64,000 nucleotides of DNA, taken from positions 25,632,234-25,696,233 of the forward strand of contig NC_068992.1 of NCBI RefSeq assembly GCF_001194135.2, written 5' to 3'. The notes under the pieces are model-generated. The model did not search any database and had not been told where the DNA came from. It was given only the letters and a program-made list of their open reading frames with translations. Origin of the DNA: Octopus bimaculoides (lineage: Eukaryota). Below are positions 40,481 to 52,192 of the stretch, piece after piece; the first letter of the stretch is position 1, and every line of letters starts with the position of its first letter. A program made the position numbers and the translations under genes.

Positions 40481-40728
40481 GGCCGCGAGCTGGCAGAAAC
40501 GTTAGCACGCAGAGACGTCAGCACGCAGAAACGTTTAGCAGTATTTCGTCTGCCGTTACGTTCTGAGTTCAAATTCCGTCGAGGTCGATTTTGCCTTTCA
40601 TCCTTTTGGAGTCGATAAATTAAGTACCAGTTACGCACTGGGGTCGATATAATCGACTTAATCCCTTTGTCTCTTCTTGTTTGTCCCCCCTATGTTTATC
40701 CCCTTGTGGGCAGTAAAGAAATAAGAAT
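40481..40728 (+). mobile_element. SINE family B
   Basis: ggccgcgagctggcagaaacgttagc...ttctgagttcaaattcc...aagtaccagttacgcactggggtcg...gtaaagaaataag. Confidence 0.92.
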
Positions 40729-40729
40729 A

Positions 40730-40985
40730 GTAGAGGCACTTGTTTTAGGGCTTGCAGTGTTGGATTCATGACTGAGATTGTTGTTTCGATTCCAGAAATG
40801 GGTGAGTCATTGTGTTATTCAGCAAAACACTTCATTTGACGATGCTCCAATCCACTCAGCCGGCAAAAATGGGTAATTCTGTGACGTATCGACGTCCCGG
40901 CCAGTTCGGGTATTTATACGTCTTGGAAACTGGGCCACCCACCCTTATGTGTCATCATGATTCGAGAAGTTGACCTTAACCTTTC
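40730..40985 (+). mobile_element. Degraded SINE family C-related copy
   Basis: gtttcgattccag...tgctccaatccactcagccggcaaaaatggg matches the family C core. Confidence 0.7.
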
Positions 40986-41312
40986 TTGTACTTTACCTTA
41001 TAGTAGTAAAAAAAAAACAATTGGTAAAAATCATTTGCTAAATATCGTTCCTTTATAGAAATATGAATATTTCTAAGACTCTCTAAAGGAGACTACGGCA
41101 GCGGTTCCTTTATACTTCTCCTTGAACATGCAAAATTGTATGATAATCCCCATTTTTTAATTTAGTTCTCTCAAGCAGATTCCCATTAGTGTGACCTTAA
41201 CTGAATTTGCTTAGGGATGTAGGGTCAGCTTTCTATGCTTTTAACAGCCACACTCAATCTTTCATACAAGAACAGAATTGACTGAAGTTTCTGAAAAGAA
41301 TTTCAACAGACA

Positions 41313-41705
41313 CAGGAGTGGCTGTGTGGTAAGTAGCTTGCCCACAAACCACATGGTTTCGGGTTCAGGCCCACTGCGTGATACCTTGGGCAAGTGTCTT
41401 CTACTATAGCCTCGAGCAGACCAAAGCCTTGTGAGCGGATTTGGTAGACAGAAACCGAAAGAAGCCCGTCGTATATATGTATATGTATATATATACATGC
41501 GTGTTTGTGTGTGTGTTTATCCCTCCAACATTGCTTGACAACCGATGCTGGTGTGTTTACGTCCTCGTGATCCAGCGTTGCGGCAAAAGAGACCGATAGA
41601 ATAAGTACTAGACTTACAAAGGATAAGTCCTGGGGTCGATTTGCTCGACTAAAGGCAGTGCTCCAGCATGGCCGCAGTCAAATCACTGAAACAAGTAAAA
41701 GAGAT
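41313..41705 (+). mobile_element. SINE family A, full length
   Basis: Runs from aggagtggctgtgtggtaag through ggttcaggccc, the core, a (TA)/(TG) tract and the tail ...gaaacaagtaaaagag. Confidence 0.93.
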
Positions 41706-42339
41706 ACACAGGTTCTGCAACAGTCCATATGAAAAGTAGGTGGTGTATCTACAATATGTCACTGGCTTATATTCGATGTATTTCACCGCGATTTCTATTG
41801 TCTCAGATGTAATAAAAGTTCTAAATTTTTGCACAAGGCCAGCAATATCGGGCTGGGGATAAAGTATACAGGTAATTTTCTCCTAAGCCGAATTTGAATA
41901 AAGTATGAAATTCGTGCTAACAAATTCTGTTAATCGCTGCTTTTGTCTTAAATGTAATAATATCAGAGTTTAGTTGCAATCTTACTTTCTGGAGTCTGCG
42001 AGCAAATGCAGCCAATTGTCCAGCAGGGAAGAGCAGATAAATTAAGCGCATGCATTAATGAAAACCCACATTTGCAGACGATAAACGTACTGTATCTCTA
42101 CCAAAATATGTGTTGCATATGTTATATGTAATTTAACGATAAATTTATCTTGATGATTACAGGTAATGTCTGAAACATCTCGCTTGTAAATACGGGCGTC
42201 TATTTTAACTTCCTCTTCATGTTATTGAATCTAGATTTCATTTGTGTTTGTTATGGGATTCATTTCAGACAGTAAGGCGAGATGCGTTCCATCCTCTTCT
42301 TTTTCTTCTTCTTTTCCTTATCTTTCTCCTCTTTCTCGT

Positions 42340-42495
42340 TTCTTCTTCTTCTTCTTCTTCTTCTTCTTCTTCTTCTTCTTCTTCTTCTTCTTCTTCTTCT
42401 TCTTCTTCTTCTTCTTCTTCTTCTTCTTCTTCTCATCCCCATCATCATCAGTATCAGCAGCGGCATCGATGTTATTATCATCATCACCATCATCA

Positions 42496-42544
<49 letters not shown>

Positions 42545-42560
42545 CATTATTATTATTATT
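42340..42560. repeat. (TTC)n, (CAT)n and (TTA)n microsatellites
   Basis: Directly visible. Confidence 0.95.
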
Positions 42561-42780
42561 GAAGGCGATATGCTGGCAGCATCCTTAGAACATTGCGCAA
42601 ATGCTAAGTGGCATTTCCTCCACTTTTACGCTCTGAGTTCAAATTCCAGTGAGGTCGACTTTACCTTTCATCCCTTCGAGGTCGTTAACATAAGTACCAG
42701 TTATACACTAGGGTTGATGTAGTCGACTCGTCCCCTCCCATAAATTTGCTGTCCTCGTGGCAAAATATGAAACTATTATT
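42561..42780 (+). mobile_element. SINE family B
   Basis: ggcgatatgctggcagc...ctgagttcaaattccagtgaggtcgactttacc...aagtaccagtt. Confidence 0.85.
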
Positions 42781-42881
42781 ATTATTGTTCCATATTTAAG
42801 AGATGAGGAATTGTGTACAATGTTTACATTATTTACATTATTTAGCATTGACAAATATTTGTCTTCATATTGTTTGTTGTT

Positions 42882-42927
42882 AACACAACGTTTCGGCTGA
42901 TATATCCTCCAGCCTTCTTCAGATGTC
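42882..42927 (-). ncRNA. Minimal type I hammerhead ribozyme motif
   Basis: Reverse complement: gacat CTGAAGA a ggctg-gaggatatat-cagcc GAAA CG T T gtgtt. The core is intact, stem II has 5 bp, stem I is gacat/gtgtt, and the AACGTT palindrome sits at stem III. Confidence 0.72.
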
Positions 42928-43002
42928 TTGGGCATATGGTGTAGTGGTTAAGAGCGTGGGCTATTAACCCCAAGATTCCGATTTCGATTCCAAGCAGTGA
43001 CA

Positions 43003-43042
<40 letters not shown>

Positions 43043-43118
43043 TAATAATAATAATTATTATTATTATTATATCGAAGAATACCTTAGGAACGAGAACCCA
43101 GGTTCGAAATTTCCCCAA

Positions 43119-43164
43119 GACAACTGAAGAAGGCTGGAGGGTACATCAGCCGAAACGTTGTGTT
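43119..43164 (+). ncRNA. Minimal type I hammerhead ribozyme motif
   Basis: gacaa CTGAAGA a ggctg-gagggtacat-cagcc GAAA CG T T gtgtt. The core is intact; the stem I closing pair is an A.G mismatch. Confidence 0.65.
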
Positions 43165-45686
43165 AACAACAAACAAGATGAGAACAAATATCCGTCGAAT
43201 GTAAATAATGTAAATAATAATAATAATTGTTATTACTATTGTTGTTGTTATTATTTTGATATTTTCTATTGAGTTTCACATGGAAAAAAATAAGAGGAAA
43301 TATAGCTACACAATTCAGATTATATCACTAGAATGGTTTCTCGTAGTCACACTTCCTACTTGATGAAATACACTAGTTCACTCTCCCTAAACCGAGAATC
43401 TGCCGTCAACATTATTAAAAAAAGGAAAAGTAAAATACGTTCTGGAAAATGTAGTCTTTAATATAATATTATCCCATCGCAGCTGATCTTATTCGAAAGA
43501 GTATCAACAATGAGTAGGATACGCTCAGATTTATTCGGAAATATGAACTACCAACGTAAGTAAAGTCATATAATATCGTCCTTATTATCCGGCAAATACA
43601 TATATGGTATTTCTTTATATCACTTATAATTTTCCTCACATCGTCTGAATTCTGAAGGTCAGTTCACCAACATCGGATTCATACATGACGCATTCATTTC
43701 ATTCTAATCATTTATATGTATTATAATGAACACCCATTTGTATGCATATCATAAGCATTTGTGTACATGCGTGACTATGGGCGAGTATGTGTGTTCATGT
43801 CTATCTGTATTCTTGTGAGATGAAATAAATGTAATAGCACACAGATGTGTTACAATACATTGTAAGTTTAATGCATATGTATACGCACGTAAGTTTTAAT
43901 GTAGATGTCTCGATAACGCAGAGCTAATCTAAAATTGCAATACGCGTCTATAAAGAGCTCATGCCTTCAAAAACATATAGACCCACACACACACACATAC
44001 ATATATATAGTCGCTGTGAAAAAGAAAGAAAGAAAGTGAAAGGAAGATACAGATAGATATATAGATGCACGTAGGATTTCCTGTGATACAATTAGAAATA
44101 TTGAATTAAAATTTAAAAGAATCCAATTACATTTCTGAAGATTAATTTTTTTCTCTCTCCTTCGCTCTTAATCACTCTTTCTTGCACTATTTCCAAAATT
44201 TTATTCAGTTGCATGTATGCGCACTATGACATAAAGTATACATACATCTGCACACACAAACACAGGTATCTATTTGTATTTATATATATATATATATATA
44301 TNNNNNNNNNNNNNNNNNNNNNNNNNNNNNNNNNNNNNNNNNNNNNNNNNNNNNNNNNNNNNNNNNNNNNNNNNNNNNNNNNNNNNNNNNNNNNNNNNNN
44401 NNNNNNNNNNNNNNNNNNNNNNNNNNNNNNNNNNNNNNNNNNNNNNNNNNNNNNNNNNNNNNNNNNNNNNNNNNNNNNNNNNNNNNNNNNNNNNNNNNNN
44501 NNNNNNNNNNNNNNNNNNNNNNNNNNNNNNNNNNNNNNNNNNNNNNNNNNNNNNNNNNNNNNNNNNNNNNNNNNNNNNNNNNNNNNNNNNNNNNNNNNNN
44601 NNNNNNNNNNNNNNNNNNNNNNNNNNNNNNNNNNNNNNNNNNNNNNNNNNNNNNNNNNNNNNNNNNNNNNNNNNNNNNNNNNNNNNNNNNNNNNNNNNNN
44701 NNNNNNNNNNNNNNNNNNNNNNNNNNNNNNNNNNNNNNNNNNNNNNNNNNNNNNNNNNNNNNNNNNNNNNNNNNNNNNNNNNNNNNNNNNNNNNNNNNNN
44801 NNNNNNNNNNNNNNNNNNNNNNNNNNNNNNNNNNNNNNNNNNNNNNNNNNNNNNNNNNNNNNNNNNNNNNNNNNNNNNNNNNNNNNNNNNNNNNNNNNNN
44901 NNNNNNNNNNNNNNNNNNNNNNNNNNNNNNNNNNNNNNNNNNNNNNNNNNNNNNNNNNNNNNNNNNNNNNNNNNNNNNNNNNNNNNNNNNNNNNNNNNNN
45001 NNNNNNNNNNNNNNNNNNNNNNNNNNNNNNNNNNNNNNNNNNNNNNNNNNNNNNNNNNNNNNNNNNNNNNNNNNNNNNNNNNNNNNNNNNNNNNNNNNNN
45101 NATATGCATATTTATCATTCAATAATAGGATAAAATCCTTATAAGAATTTATCAAGTAGCTTGCGTGAAAAAACCTCATAATGGAAAAATCCATCATATA
45201 TAAAATATATTTACTTATATAAGGGCATTTCTATACATGAATGCCTCATGCTAGGAGGGACTCTAAGGTCAAACTACCATAATAAACACATTTTTACCGA
45301 ACGCGAGGAAATACAACTCTCAAAACTTGCCCCCTAAAAACAGACTAAAATGTTGGTCTTGATTTCGTAATTATTGCAGTAATATGCACCTATTACTCAT
45401 CAGTACAGTATGGTCAAGACACATAAAAATAAACAAAAATCAATATACCAGACGAACACTTCATGTATTCCGTATAGTGCATAGAAGATTGTTTATCGCT
45501 ATATATCTATGAAAAAGGTGGACTTTTTGAATTGCATCTCGGTACAAGTGTTTTTTCAGAATAACATTCAGCACTAAATATATTATGGTTATATTTATCA
45601 TTCAATAATAGGATAAAGTCTTTATAAGAGTTTATCAAATAGCTAGCGTGAAAAAACCTCATAAGGGAAAAATCCATCATTTTATT

Positions 45687-45780
45687 AAGCGTGGTACTTA
45701 CTCTATCGGTCTATTTTGCCAGACGGTTAAGTTACATCAACACTGGTTGTCAAACGGTGGGGAGGGAAAAACACAGGCAT
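45687..45780 (-). mobile_element. SINE family A tail fragment
   Basis: gtacttactctatcggtctattttgcc...acactggttgtcaaacg. Confidence 0.7.
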
Positions 45781-45834
45781 AAAGTCATACATACAGATGC
45801 ACAGACCCAAACACACACACACACACAAACACAC

Positions 45835-45880
<46 letters not shown>

Positions 45881-46619
45881 NNNNNNNNNNNNNNNNNNNN
45901 NNNNNNNNNNNNNNNNNNNNNNNNNNNNNNNNNNNNNNNNNNNNNNNNNNNNNNNNNNNNNNNNNNNNNNNNNNNNNNNNNNNNNNNNNNNNNNNNNNNN
46001 NNNNNNNNNNNNNNNNNNNNNNNNNNNNNNNNNNNNNNNNNNNNNNNNNNNNNNNNNNNNNNNNNNNNNNNNNNNNNNNNNNNNNNNNNNNNNNNNNNNN
46101 NNNNNNNNNNNNNNNNNNNNNNNNNNNNNNNNNNNNNNNNNNNNNNNNNNNNNNNNNNNNNNNNNNNNNNNNNNNNNNNNNNNNNNNNNNNNNNNNNNNN
46201 NNNNNNNNNNNNNNNNNNNNNNNNNNNNNNNNNNNNNNNNNNNNTGTGTGTGTGTGTGTGTGTGTTTCTATGTATGCATGTATAATGCTATTCAGTTTTA
46301 CGTCATGATTTCTTGTCAATAGAAAACGAGCCGTTTTAAACCTAGATCCACGGCTCCTTCATTGGAATTTCAAAAACACTAATAGAGTATTTCTCCATGT
46401 TAAGGTGTATGGATGCAGTAGCTGGAGTCAGCTCATATGTAGCGTTGTGTGTTTATTATTATATATGTATTCTCATGCACACAGTTGCATTTCTAGTCAT
46501 GCGCTGTTATACACAAATGGTAAATTTCTGGAGTGCTTTACAAATTATTTTCAGTTCCATTCATGGCTTGAATTTATAACCTACAAATTGACTGTCTGTC
46601 CGTCTGTCTGCCTGCCTTT

Positions 46620-46634
46620 CTATCTGTATGTATG

Positions 46635-46665
<31 letters not shown>

Positions 46666-47005
46666 CCATGTATGTAACCATGTATGTATGTAGGTGTGTT
46701 TTATGCATGCATGTATATACATGTATGCATGCATGCATGTATTAGGTACGCATGCATGTATGTATTAAGTACGCAGGTAGTTAAGTAGGTAGTTAGGTAA
46801 GTACATAGGTAGATAAGAAGCTACATAGGTAGGCAGGCAGCTAGGTAGGCACGTAGGTAGCTAGGTATATATGTATGTATGTATGCATGTATGTAGGTAG
46901 GTAGGTAGGCAGGTAGGTAGGCAGGCAGGCAGGTAGGTAGGCAGGTAGGTAGGTAGGTAGGTAGGTAGGTAGGTATGCAGGCAGGCAGGCAGGTACGTAC
47001 GTAGA
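46620..47005. repeat. Compound tetranucleotide repeat (TATG)n to (TAGG/CAGG)n
   Basis: Directly visible. Confidence 0.92.
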
Positions 47006-47347
47006 TGGGTATAAACGTGTACATGTTTTTGTGTGCCTGATAATGTGGTGCAATTTTTTTCTTTCAATCAATTATTGAAATCACCACTGTGTTCTACCTT
47101 TGTCTAATGTTTTTTCTCTCGTTACCGCACGATTTCCTTTCTACATTTCTGAAACAGAAAGATTCTCAGACACAACATACTTTCATGATTTTTGGTCTTT
47201 TATACACAATGCCATCTTATCTTGGAAGTTTTAACACAGCAGCAAGATCTATAGATGGTGTAGAGAATTTGATGTAGAGATTACTCGAAAACATTGAAAG
47301 TTGAATGTAAATTTTTAATGTTATTATTAAGGCTTTATGTTATTATT

Positions 47348-47550
47348 TAAGGCAGTGAGCTGGCTGAACATTTAGCACGTTGAGAAAAATGCTTAGCAGT
47401 ATTCAGAGTTCAAATTCTACCGATGTCGACTTTGCCTTTCATCCTTTCGGGTTCCGTTGAAAAAGTACCAGTTACGCACTGGGTTCCATAAAATCGACTA
47501 GCTCTCTCTCACACAAAATTTCGGGCTTTGTGCGTATAGTGCTAAGTATT
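47348..47550 (+). mobile_element. SINE family B
   Basis: aaggcagtgagctggctgaac...gagttcaaattc...gtcgactttgcctttcatcc...aagtaccagttacgcactggg. Confidence 0.85.
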
Positions 47551-47757
47551 ATAAAGACTTTATTTATGATTAAATAGTGCTCTCCTTACGAATTCTCTGG
47601 TTTCGTAGTTGTGGGTATTTATTCTTTCAAGAAACCAATTCTGTTACGAGGCATCGTTTTTGGCATAAATATGTTCTTTTATCAGAAATACACGCGAATG
47701 ACACACAAACACCCACTTACATACATATGTGCGTGTGTATGTGTGTGTGTGTGTGTG

Positions 47758-47792
<35 letters not shown>

Positions 47793-48617
47793 GTGTGTGT
47801 GTGTGTGTGTGTGTGTGTCGAAGTTATAAATGTCTTTGAAATTATAAATCACAGAGGACCATGTTTGCAGGTATAAAAACTACTCATTTGATTTCTGGTA
47901 AAAATGTTCTTAATGGCAGAGGCGTGGCTGTAAGCTACATTCACATTCATATGGTATTTTAGAATTCCATTTTATAGTGAATTTATATTTGTTTTATTAA
48001 AAGCATTTTATATGTGTTTATTGTCTTTTCGGTATAGTTTCCAACGGTATTTGTCTCGTTGTATTGATATTCGTAATTTTTTTTATTACTTAACCCATCA
48101 ATTTGTTTCAAAATTCATTGTCGATTAATATTTTATTATCTCAATATTTTTATCAAGTATTCGCTTGTGGAAGAGTCTCAGTTGATTTCAAAGGACAGAT
48201 GCTACCACATATACATTGCAGTAGATATAAACTCTCTTTATGCCACAACACACAATGCCTGTCTTTGCAAGAGATGCGTTTGTTATATTCTACTCTAATG
48301 TCTCTGTCTAGAAACTATGTTATGTTATGAAAGATTTCATATTTGTACTCTTATGGATGGTGAATCTTAACGTAGAAATGGATTTAGGCATTCTTTTAAC
48401 TCCTAAAAGTTTGCAGTTCGTTACATCTAATATATCATCGATGTATTTGTTATATATAAATAGTAATGTTTATATGCCAATAAAGTGGCAGTCCCGTAAA
48501 GGACGATGGTATTGCTGTTTTAGCTCCAGGACAACATATTTTCCATCAGTCTGTGTCCGTATATTGCATTTGAAAGGGAGGTCATCGCTCTCATTTCTAG
48601 CCTTATGTGATACTCAC

Positions 48618-48732
48618 AGATCTAGTTTTCTGAATGTTATCCGTCCTCAGTAAAAGACAATCACCAGCTAGTGACGTGACAGACCTATCTCCACTTGCAA
48701 ATACTATATATTCTTTAAGCGAGACACATTCG
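48618..48732 (-). CDS. Candidate coding exon 2 of an unknown secreted protein
   Basis: Acceptor ttcctctcactcag|C, donor TCT|gtgagt. The 115 nt exon is open: (C)ECVSLKEYIVFASGDRSVTSLAGDCLLLRTDNIQKTRS. Its phase matches exon 51356-51414. Confidence 0.4.
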
Positions 48733-48808
48733 CTGAGTGAGAGGAATCGTTTTCTCCGCTTTTCTTTCCCTCATTCTTACTCCCTCTCCTTTTCACTTTC
48801 TTTTTACA

Positions 48809-48878
<70 letters not shown>

Positions 48879-49010
48879 AACATATTTAATAGTAATATGT
48901 TACAAAAACAAATTAGAAACTATATATATATATATGTATGTATGTATATATGTATATATATGTATGTATATATATATATACATGTATGTATATATATATA
49001 TGTATATATT

Positions 49011-49080
<70 letters not shown>

Positions 49081-50506
49081 TGTATATAAATAGAGATGTG
49101 TGCGAAAACGGCTTCACCAATTGCTTATATATTTACATGCATGAATAATTCCACCCCGGATAAATTCCAGGCTGTTTATTTGATTTTCTTATTAAAAATT
49201 ATTGAAAAATAAAAAAAAATATTGCTTTGTATATTACATTCACGTTTTTGAAAGTTTTTAAAATATTGACTTACGTTTTTGTAGCGTCAGTGACGTAACA
49301 TATCTGTTTATGTATATCTCTCTGTCCATCTCCCTCTATCTATCTCTATTTCTCTGAAGCATATCTCTCTATCCATATCTCTTGTTTCCACTTGCATTTT
49401 TCAGACGCTATTCTTTCCATTTCAATTTTCTTACGCCATTGTTTAACTTCCATGTTATTGTTTTGAATGTAAGTCTTAGCTTTCTATCGCTATTTACAAA
49501 CAAACAACGACAAATTAATGACAGAAAGTAGTTCACAATTACTTATGTAAGTAATTTCATAATTTCATAAACGTCATTTTAATGTGTACGGTGTTGTGTT
49601 TCTCTGTTGCTGACGGTTTCTGTCTGATTCCTTTGATACTGGCTCTTTGGTTCACTGAGTGACCAATTTCGCTTCAACCCGTACAATACTTCATTATCCG
49701 TTAATATTTCTCATTTACTTTCTATCCGTCGTACTAAGAAATATACTTACCGTTATGTATGTATGTATGTATGTATGTATGTATGTTTGTAGGTATGTAT
49801 GTATGTATGTATGTATGTTTGTAGGTATGTATGTATCAGACACGCACACTCACATTACCTGAACAGCAAAAGATTATTTATATTGATAAACTTTTTCTTT
49901 TCCCCCAATAAATCATTCTGTCATGATTATTATATGCTCTTTTGTCCTTTGTTTTATCCTTTCCCCTAACGCATTCAATATAGAAAACTGCTATATATTG
50001 TACGCCGATTACGCTAACGCGAAATAAACATATGGTACAGTTCAGAGTTTCTGTAATTCAGCTGATGATGATTCTGTAATAAATTTGCAATCCAAATGCT
50101 GTATGTCTTTTGAAACCTTTTAACTTCATACATTGTTTCTAAACCCGTCAAAGACGTCTGTATTGTTGGCATTTTACAAATATTTTAATAGAGTACTTAG
50201 AATCAGGTTAGATAAATCCGATACCTAAAGACGATTAGTATGGTATTATGAGATGTTATATACCAATTTCCGATAAAAATTAAAACCACCTCCATTGGAT
50301 TTGAGAGGCCAATGATATTTCAGAGATATTTGAAGCGAATATTTTTACTTCAATCCGGTGTGTGCAATACTGATATTTTGGAAATAGTTTGAGAACAATA
50401 CCAGAATAAAAATGTGTTACAAGTAGACAATGTGTTAGTTCATTTATATGGAAGAATTTTATTACTATCATCGGCATCATCATTATTATTGTTGATGTTG
50501 TTATCA

Positions 50507-50722
50507 TTAAGGCGGTGAGCTGGCAGTATCGTTAGCATACCGGGCGAAATACCTACGCCACTTTGCCTGTCTGTAAGTTCTGAGTTCAAATCCCGTCGAG
50601 GTCGACGTTGCCATTCATCCTTCGGAGTCGATAAAATACGTACCACATGAAAATTGCGGTCGATGCAACCAACTAATCCCATCCATCCAAAATGCTGCCT
50701 TTGTGGCAAAATTTGAAATCCT
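50507..50722 (+). mobile_element. SINE family B
   Basis: aaggcggtgagctggcagtatcgttagcataccgggcgaaat...ttctgagttcaaatccc. Confidence 0.88.
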
Positions 50723-51355
50723 TATTTATCATTATATTTTTTATGCAAAATTCTTCCCTGTAGCAATGTAGGAATGAAAGGTGGTGCTTCCATTTCTGAA
50801 ACGTCTACAAATCAGCCAGTAAACCTCCATTACGGCACCAGATTTAAAGAAATCTCTACCTGTATATTTCTATCTAACATGAACTTTTATATTTCATCTA
50901 TGCATACATCTCTGACAGATATCTGTAAATTTAGGAAATCAGGATCGATCATCGAAAGAATGCCTTTTGGAAGCAGGGTTCAATGGAGAAAATTACCCAG
51001 GGAAATATTCTGCTTAGAAATAAAGCCATCAATTTTGTGAGCCATTAGATTTTAATTAACTATAATTGCCCTTTTGAGAGAGGAAAGAATCATTAACTTC
51101 ATAATCAATTCTGGGTAGGGGAAGCAACCCCGAAGTTATAAATTATTAAAGGGATTAGAGATTAACACCTTGGTTATATTGAACAGCATTGCTTCTTAAC
51201 TCGTTATTCTTTCAAACAAAAGATTATAAAGAAAGCAATCTGTATACCGTAACTGGATTAGAATTTCTTCTATGATTACATGAAATACATTTCCATTTAG
51301 AAACAAATTATTTGATATTTTAAAAATTGTACATACTTTCAATAACTTTACTTAC

Positions 51356-51414
51356 CATTGTCTAATCCCAAGATTGCACAAACATAAGACCAAAATATGT
51401 CTAAGCAAGGACAT
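51356..51414 (-). CDS. Candidate first coding exon (signal peptide-like)
   Basis: aagATGtcc is the first Met after an in-frame stop and gives MSLLRHILVLCLCNLGIRQ plus TG. The donor ATG|gtaagt is consensus. Confidence 0.42.
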
Positions 51415-52110
51415 CTTCTCGTTATCTACCAATACATTACCCAATGTCGGTTTTCTTTTCAGAACGAATAAGTTATATTTGATAAAGATTTACTCGATTT
51501 TAATAGCAGTAGAAAGAATTGCAAGTAGAAAAATAGAAGCTTACTCGTTAGATTCGGAAAACGAGACTTATTAGATTGGTAGAAGTACTTGAGTTTTATA
51601 GACAATGGGGCTTCCCTGATCATTCATATTTGGAATTCCAGTAATTTTAGCTGTCTTCTAAATACTTTACTTTCGTTCACTTCGGGAGATAAAATATTCC
51701 AACGAAGAATTGACCGTTTGCTCGATGTGTGTGGATACTTGATTTACGAGTGTCTTCTCATAAATTTAACAGGTGTTTTGTTTACGAACTGAAGCCATTT
51801 GGCCAATGTTGCGAATTTTAAATTTTGATAACTGTTCTGCGTATACATAATGGCAGACAAATCTAAACTACCCGGGGGGAAGGGGTGTATGAGTGTCATC
51901 CAAAACGAAAGTGTTGAAAATATCCGTAAAATACAAGAAGGCAATGTTCCTTAAGGAGTAAAGTTGTGTAAGGTTTCCGAGACGAACCACAGAAGACAAG
52001 CCTATTTAACCATGGAGCATTATAGAGATATATTCTTCCCTCTTTTGTCTTTTCCATGTGTCGGAAGTGTAGAACCTGGCGTGAATTGAAATAATTCTTC
52101 TTTTGTTTTA

Positions 52111-52112
<2 letters not shown>

Positions 52113-52185
<73 letters not shown>

Positions 52186-52192
52186 TAGATAG
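52113..52192. repeat. (TA)n(GA)n(GATA)n microsatellite
   Basis: Directly visible. Confidence 0.95.

Larger units (their letters stand above)
42825..43220 (+). mobile_element. tRNA-headed element with a Penelope-type pLTR tail and an upstream inverted pLTR arm
   Basis: Arms 42825-42931 and 43114-43220 are reverse complements. Between them lie a tRNA-like head (42931-42995; A box tggtgtagtgg, B box-like tttcgattcc) and (AAT)n. Confidence 0.75.

Noticed and set aside
42931-42995. tRNA gene
   Set aside because: It lacks a proper acceptor stem and T arm, and runs into (AAT)n; it is a SINE head.
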